A stretch of DNA of 32,000 nt from Cylindrospermopsis raciborskii Cr2010 (lineage in GTDB: Bacteria; Cyanobacteriota; Cyanobacteriia; Cyanobacteriales; Nostocaceae): assembly GCF_003367075.2 (NCBI RefSeq), contig NZ_CP065936.1, positions 780,001 through 812,000 of the forward strand, written 5' to 3'. Numbering within the stretch: the stretch's first letter is position 1; each line of letters begins with the position of its first letter. The position numbers were made by a program, and so were the translations under genes. The notes beneath the pieces are model-generated. The model saw only the letters and a list, made by a program, of their open reading frames with translations. It was not told the DNA's origin and made no database searches. Below, piece after piece: positions 28,211-32,000 of this stretch.

Positions 28211-28544
28211 ATCACGTGTAGCAGCTTTATCGGAAAATTATATAACAAGTAATACACCAGATAATAATACTAGCAGCGAACCAGTATATACAACTAATTC
28301 TAATGTTAGTAGCAGCTGGAGACCAACATGTGGAGATTCATATACATCTGGTTCTCAATGGTGGGCAGTAAAAGGTCCTGCTTCTGCACTCAGTGTAGTT
28401 AAAAATAAATATTGTGGAGATGCATATATTGCCAGCAGGGAAACTCAGGCTGCCAGTTTTAGTTCTGAAAGTGCTGCTTGGAGTTTTGCCAATGCTTTAA
28501 GTTCCGCATCTGGATATCAATTTTGGGTTAAAAAGAGTCGATAA
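26925..28544 (+). CDS. Serine/threonine protein kinase, paralogue of 24425-25957 with a different C-terminal domain
   Basis: Kinase/TM/coiled coil nearly identical to the upstream copy; C-terminus instead SWRPTCGDSYTSGSQWWAVKGPASALSVVKNKYCGDAYIASRETQAASF...FWVKKSR. Confidence 0.93.
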   Translation: MNSLLINRYEIINPLGSGGFGETFLARDTQMPSQRLVVIKHLKPALQNSHSSTELIENLFQKEAAVLEELGNHCSQIPQLYSYFSEEGEFYLVQEYIEGKNLSQVGQIKPEQATVILSSLLNTLKYVHSKNIIHRDIKPENIILRDSDRLPVLIDFGAVKETMGAVTLGSGSTVSSVVVGTRGFMAPEQTAGRPVFSTDLYALGLTIIYALTQKLPIEFSVSQLTGEIDWTSYVPNLDPKLVQVLNKSIKMDLGSRYLTAEAMYSDLHTSSGIPLSTVLTPKSQEDTLVVSPGGESKNLISSLTSVVFNKVKSQNKDTKVPVNYTRVAVIALSILGLAGGFFVTQQMLEAQERAAQLEREKKEAEEKKEIAEKERLQAQQKALEAENLRQTAEQERLAVEKRQAQEERRRLADESRQARLERQRLAAERSRVAALSENYITSNTPDNNTSSEPVYTTNSNVSSSWRPTCGDSYTSGSQWWAVKGPASALSVVKNKYCGDAYIASRETQAASFSSESAAWSFANALSSASGYQFWVKKSR

Positions 28545-28633
28545 AATCCATCCTCAAAGGATGATGAATAACCAAAGCGATCGCACTTGGTATATTCCTG
28601 ATAATCATGCTCTCCAATCCTGATGTTACGCCA

Positions 28634-28665
28634 TAAAAAAAGCCCCCCACTAGGTGAGGGGCTTT
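28634..28665 (-). terminator. Rho-independent terminator of psbA
   Basis: On the minus strand AAAAGCCCC...GGGGCTTTTTTT hairpin with U-tract, just 3' of psbA; plus strand also GGGGCTTTT, so possibly bidirectional. Confidence 0.85.
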
Positions 28666-28685
28666 TCACTTACCAGTATTGATTA

Positions 28686-29768
28686 TTAACCGTTGATTGC
28701 GGGGGCGGTTAATGCTACAGGAGCTACTTCACCAGCAGCTAGGTCTAGGGGGAAGTTGTGCGCATTGCGCTCGTGCATTACTTCCATACCTAGGTTAGCG
28801 CGGTTGATTACGTCAGCCCATGTACCTATTACACGACCTTGAGAATCAATGATTGATTGGTTGAAGTTGAATCCGTTCAGGTTGAATGCCATGGTGCTTA
28901 CACCCAGTGCTGTAAACCATATTCCTACTACTGGCCATGCTGCCAAGAAGAAGTGTAGTGAACGGCTGTTGTTAAATGAAGCATATTGGAATATCAAGCG
29001 TCCGAAGTAACCGTGTGCTGCTACGATGTTGTAGGTTTCTTCCTCTTGTCCGAACTTGTAACCATAGTTCTGAGACTCGGTTTCGGTTGTTTCTCTTACT
29101 AAGGAAGATGTTACTAAGGAACCGTGCATGGCGCTGAACAAGCTACCACCGAATACACCTGCTACTCCTAGCATGTGGAAGGGGTGCATGAGGATGTTAT
29201 GCTCTGCTTGGAACACTATCATGAAGTTGAAGGTTCCAGAGATACCTAAAGGCATACCATCAGAGAAGGAACCTTGTCCGATGGGGTAGATTAGGAATAC
29301 TGCGGTAGCTGCTGCCAAGGGGGCGGAGAAAGCTACGCAAATCCAAGGGCGCATGCCTAAACGGAAGGATAGTTCCCATTCACGACCTAGGTAGCAGGCT
29401 ACACCAATCAAGAAGTGGAAAATTACTAGTTGGTAAGGACCACCGTTGTATAACCATTCATCTAAGGATGCAGCTTCCCAAATTGGGTAGAAGTGCAAGC
29501 CAATAGCGTTGGAGGAGGGAACAACAGCACCGGAGATAATGTTGTTACCGTACATTAAGGAACCAGCTACGGGTTCACGAATACCGTCGATGTCAACGGG
29601 GGGAGCAGCAATGAAAGCAATGATGAAGCAAGTGGTAGCTGCAAGTAGGGTGGGGATCATTAACACGCCGAACCAGCCAATATAGAGGCGGTTGTTGGTG
29701 CTGGTGATAAATTCACAGAAACGATCCCATACGTTGGCGCTTTGGCGCTGTTGAATGGTGGTGGTCAT
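28686..29768 (-). CDS. psbA: Photosystem II D1 protein
   Basis: [40 protein letters not shown]...[27 protein letters not shown]..., C-terminal [23 protein letters not shown]. Confidence 0.98.
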   Translation of the reverse strand: MTTTIQQRQSANVWDRFCEFITSTNNRLYIGWFGVLMIPTLLAATTCFIIAFIAAPPVDIDGIREPVAGSLMYGNNIISGAVVPSSNAIGLHFYPIWEAASLDEWLYNGGPYQLVIFHFLIGVACYLGREWELSFRLGMRPWICVAFSAPLAAATAVFLIYPIGQGSFSDGMPLGISGTFNFMIVFQAEHNILMHPFHMLGVAGVFGGSLFSAMHGSLVTSSLVRETTETESQNYGYKFGQEEETYNIVAAHGYFGRLIFQYASFNNSRSLHFFLAAWPVVGIWFTALGVSTMAFNLNGFNFNQSIIDSQGRVIGTWADVINRANLGMEVMHERNAHNFPLDLAAGEVAPVALTAPAING

Positions 29769-30247
29769 GTTTTTATAAATGCGGTTTAACCGAAGGTTTA
29801 TGTATGTTCAGGTAGGTGTTTTTACCTTATGAACTTATATTAAGACAAATGTTTAGTTTTGTAAAGGGGTTTTTACAAAATTTTTAATAATTTTGCCAAT
29901 TAGGGATTTCGCCATAAATGGTAGGGGTTTCTGGGTATTAAGTTACTAGTTTTGACGCTCAATTTAGCTTTTAATGATTGTTTTGTGTTAAATGCTATGT
30001 AATTTAAGTTTAATTGAGTTAGCTTTTATCTATACTTTATTATAAGAATTGTGATAAGAAGCGCGATCTGGCGAGTGCTAGTGCTTTCCGATCTCCCATA
30101 GGGAGTGCTTTGTAATCGCGTCTTGATATATAGTGGGTTTACAAAGCTGTGGTATAATGGGTAGAAAAAGTATGAGAACTATAAAAGGCTACGGCACTTC
30201 CAGAGATTTTTTTGTGAAATTCTTATTCTTATTTTAGGATAATGGCA

Positions 30248-30282
30248 GAAACTAAAATAAGATTAAATCTTATTTTAGTTTC
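30248..30282. repeat. Perfect 17-bp inverted repeat with 1-nt spacer
   Basis: GAAACTAAAATAAGATT-A-AATCTTATTTTAGTTTC, immediately upstream of the Fic-like fragment. Confidence 0.85.
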
Positions 30283-30294
30283 AAGGTGGAGCAA

Positions 30295-30486
30295 ATGAAA
30301 CGAGGGATTCAGGGACATTATGTGACCATTTCCACAGCAGGTGAGAGGGCGCATGCTTTTATTCCCAAGCCTTTACCTCCTCATCCCGCCATTGAGTGGA
30401 CACAGACACTATCTAGCAAATTTGATCAAGCACTTGTTAGCCTTGGTCGTCGGTGCGATCGCACTCTCAAATTATATAATCCATAA
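30295..30486 (+). pseudogene. Fic-family protein N-terminal fragment
   Basis: MKRGIQGHYVTISTAGERAHAFIPKPLPPHPAIEWTQTLSSKFDQALVSLGR matches the characteristic Fic/DOC N-terminal region; stops before any HPFxxGNGR Fic core. Confidence 0.65.
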
Positions 30487-30561
30487 ATGCGATCGCACAT
30501 CCTTGGTTAAATAGCAGTATAATGTCAAAGATAATCTTGAGCAAAAGAATGAGATAGTGCA

Positions 30562-30987
30562 TTATAATATATTCAGGTTCCTGTCAGTAACATCCTTGAG
30601 AGTGTAACAGCAATTAACTGGTATCTCCATACCTGTTTCAGCGATCGCATCCAAACGAGCTTTTTGGTAAATCCTATTTAAAAACTCGTCCGTCATATAT
30701 TTTTTAAGACTCGGACTATCGATTAAATAATCCTCAATATTGCTCCTTTCTCTTTGAACAGTCACCAACCAACTTCGCGATCGCAATTCAGGTTGATAGT
30801 CCCACTTGAGTAAGTGATGCAATATTAGTCGCATACTACTTAATAACCGATCTCGTTCTCGTTTCGACAAGTCTCTAATTTCTTCCACTAAGTTTATGAT
30901 ATCTAGCTTATCAAAATGCCCGTTAGCAATTAGATCAGCCATCTTTTCTGACCAGAGAGCAAAATCTTGTTCATACAAGGTTGTCAT
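30562..30987 (-). CDS. DUF29 domain-containing protein
   Basis: YEQDFALWSEKMADLIANGHFDKLDIINLVEEIRDLSKRERDRLLSSMRLILHHLLKWDYQPELRSRSWLVTVQRERSNI, typical DUF29. Confidence 0.88.
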   Translation of the reverse strand: MTTLYEQDFALWSEKMADLIANGHFDKLDIINLVEEIRDLSKRERDRLLSSMRLILHHLLKWDYQPELRSRSWLVTVQRERSNIEDYLIDSPSLKKYMTDEFLNRIYQKARLDAIAETGMEIPVNCCYTLKDVTDRNLNIL

Positions 30988-31092
30988 AGTTTGTATATCT
31001 GTTCATAGAAATTATCTGTCCCGTCATCATAATTAAGAAATTCCGTCATTTTTTAGCAGTTGCAATTATCATGACTATGACTCCTATAAAAT

Positions 31093-31122
31093 GCTGACTT
31101 TACTATTTTAACAAGCGATCGC
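31093..31122 (+). repeat. 30-bp direct repeat, copy 1, ending in a HIP1 octamer
   Basis: GCTGACTTTACTATTTTAACAAGCGATCGC, identical to 31227-31256. Confidence 0.85.
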
Positions 31123-31226
31123 GAAGTACTCGCTGTGGGCGATCGCATTTATGGTGGGGTAGGTAAGGTGGAAAAAACTGATGGGGGAGTAAACTTTTAG
31201 TTGGGATGAAACCAAATCAAAAAAAA

Positions 31227-31256
31227 GCTGACTTTACTATTTTAACAAGCGATCGC
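31227..31256 (+). repeat. 30-bp direct repeat, copy 2
   Basis: Identical to 31093-31122. Confidence 0.85.
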
Positions 31257-31306
31257 CCAGTGATAGGTTAGAGTACATAGGAAATCATTGCTGAAGAAAC
31301 TAGTTT

Positions 31307-32000
31307 TTAAGGATTAGAACTCGTTATGGCTCTTTTCATGGTTTGAAATATGTGGGTTTGATCCACTAAACCACGTCCACCTGGTATAGTATAGGTAGAC
31401 CCAGTACTGTCTGTAAATTTTACGTTCTGTCCTGCATATATGGTTAAATTACCAGAATAAGCTCCCTGATAATAAACAGGTACAGGTCTTCTAGTATGAT
31501 TGCCCCACAGATACTTTTGGGTGGGATCTGACCCCCAAAAATGACCAGCATCTCTGGGGTTGTGCTTGATAAAGGTAATATCCTTGGCATTATATTTCAA
31601 TCCCCTAGCCATTTTTCCATCTTGGGGAGTTAATTTCTGGGGAAAATCATCGTTTAGTGTCAGATAGTGGTCATGGTCAGCAGTCACAATCAGCAAATTT
31701 TTCTTCCATCCACCATTAGTGTTAATCCAATCAACCACACTTTGAACGGCTTTGTCAAAGTCATTGACTGTACCAATTAAATTATCCATATTATTGTCAT
31801 GAGCTGCCCAGTCAATATCACCACCCTCTACCATTAGCCAGAAACCATCCCTATCTTTACCAAGGACAGTTAGAGCTGCTTTGGTCATTTCCTCTAAGGT
31901 GGGATTTTCGTTGATTTCTCTAGCAATAAAGGAAGCATTGGTTTCACCAGGAGCCAAAGGACGAACAGTATCTGTATTAGCTGAGTTAGCAGTGGTAGGG
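31307..32000 (-). CDS. Alkaline phosphatase (PhoA-type), C-terminal part, truncated by window edge
   Basis: GFWLMVEGGDIDWAAHDNN, LLIVTADHDHYL, GNHTRRPVPVY; frame remains open to base 32000 (PTTANSANTDTVRPLAPGETNASF upstream of the track's Met). Confidence 0.88.
   Translation of the reverse strand, partial: PTTANSANTDTVRPLAPGETNASFIAREINENPTLEEMTKAALTVLGKDRDGFWLMVEGGDIDWAAHDNNMDNLIGTVNDFDKAVQSVVDWINTNGGWKKNLLIVTADHDHYLTLNDDFPQKLTPQDGKMARGLKYNAKDITFIKHNPRDAGHFWGSDPTQKYLWGNHTRRPVPVYYQGAYSGNLTIYAGQNVKFTDSTGSTYTIPGGRGLVDQTHIFQTMKRAITSSNP

Noticed and set aside
1-32000. CRISPR arrays, retrons, DGRs, tRNA/rRNA genes
   Set aside because: Looked for regularly spaced repeats, RT motifs (YxDD) and tRNA-like sequences by eye; none found.

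Overview
Cyanobacterial (Nostocales-like) chromosomal window. Ordinary core genes fill about 1-9.4 kb: R3H/AAA protein (partial), ldpA, lepB, pyrC, an ebsA-like gene, a phosphotransacetylase-family protein, a DprA-like protein, YajQ, a GST and a TPR protein. An IS1-family element follows at 9619-10374. The most interesting segment is a compact, same-strand five-gene island at about 10.58-20.59 kb, lying between that IS1 element and sodB. Its genes are: (1) a membrane-anchored, long coiled-coil protein with a McrB-type AAA+ GTPase domain; (2) a DUF2357/McrC-like partner without an evident PD-(D/E)XK core; (3) an SF1/UPF1-like helicase; (4) a PLD-superfamily nuclease-like protein with two HxK motifs; (5) an 809-aa protein of unrecognised family. 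The first four genes are translationally coupled or nearly abutting. This looks like a McrBC-derived, CoCoNuT-like defence system. Gene 5 is bracketed by an inverted pair of about 60-bp double-hairpin repeats, one of which is nested inside a second repeat family. Downstream are sodB, orphan secreted proteins, a NodB deacetylase, two Ser/Thr kinases duplicated at an exact 2500-bp offset with different C-terminal domains around a VanY-like gene, psbA (Glu130 form), a Fic N-terminal remnant behind a perfect 17-bp palindrome, a DUF29 gene and a partial alkaline phosphatase. All calls were made by eye; no searches were run.
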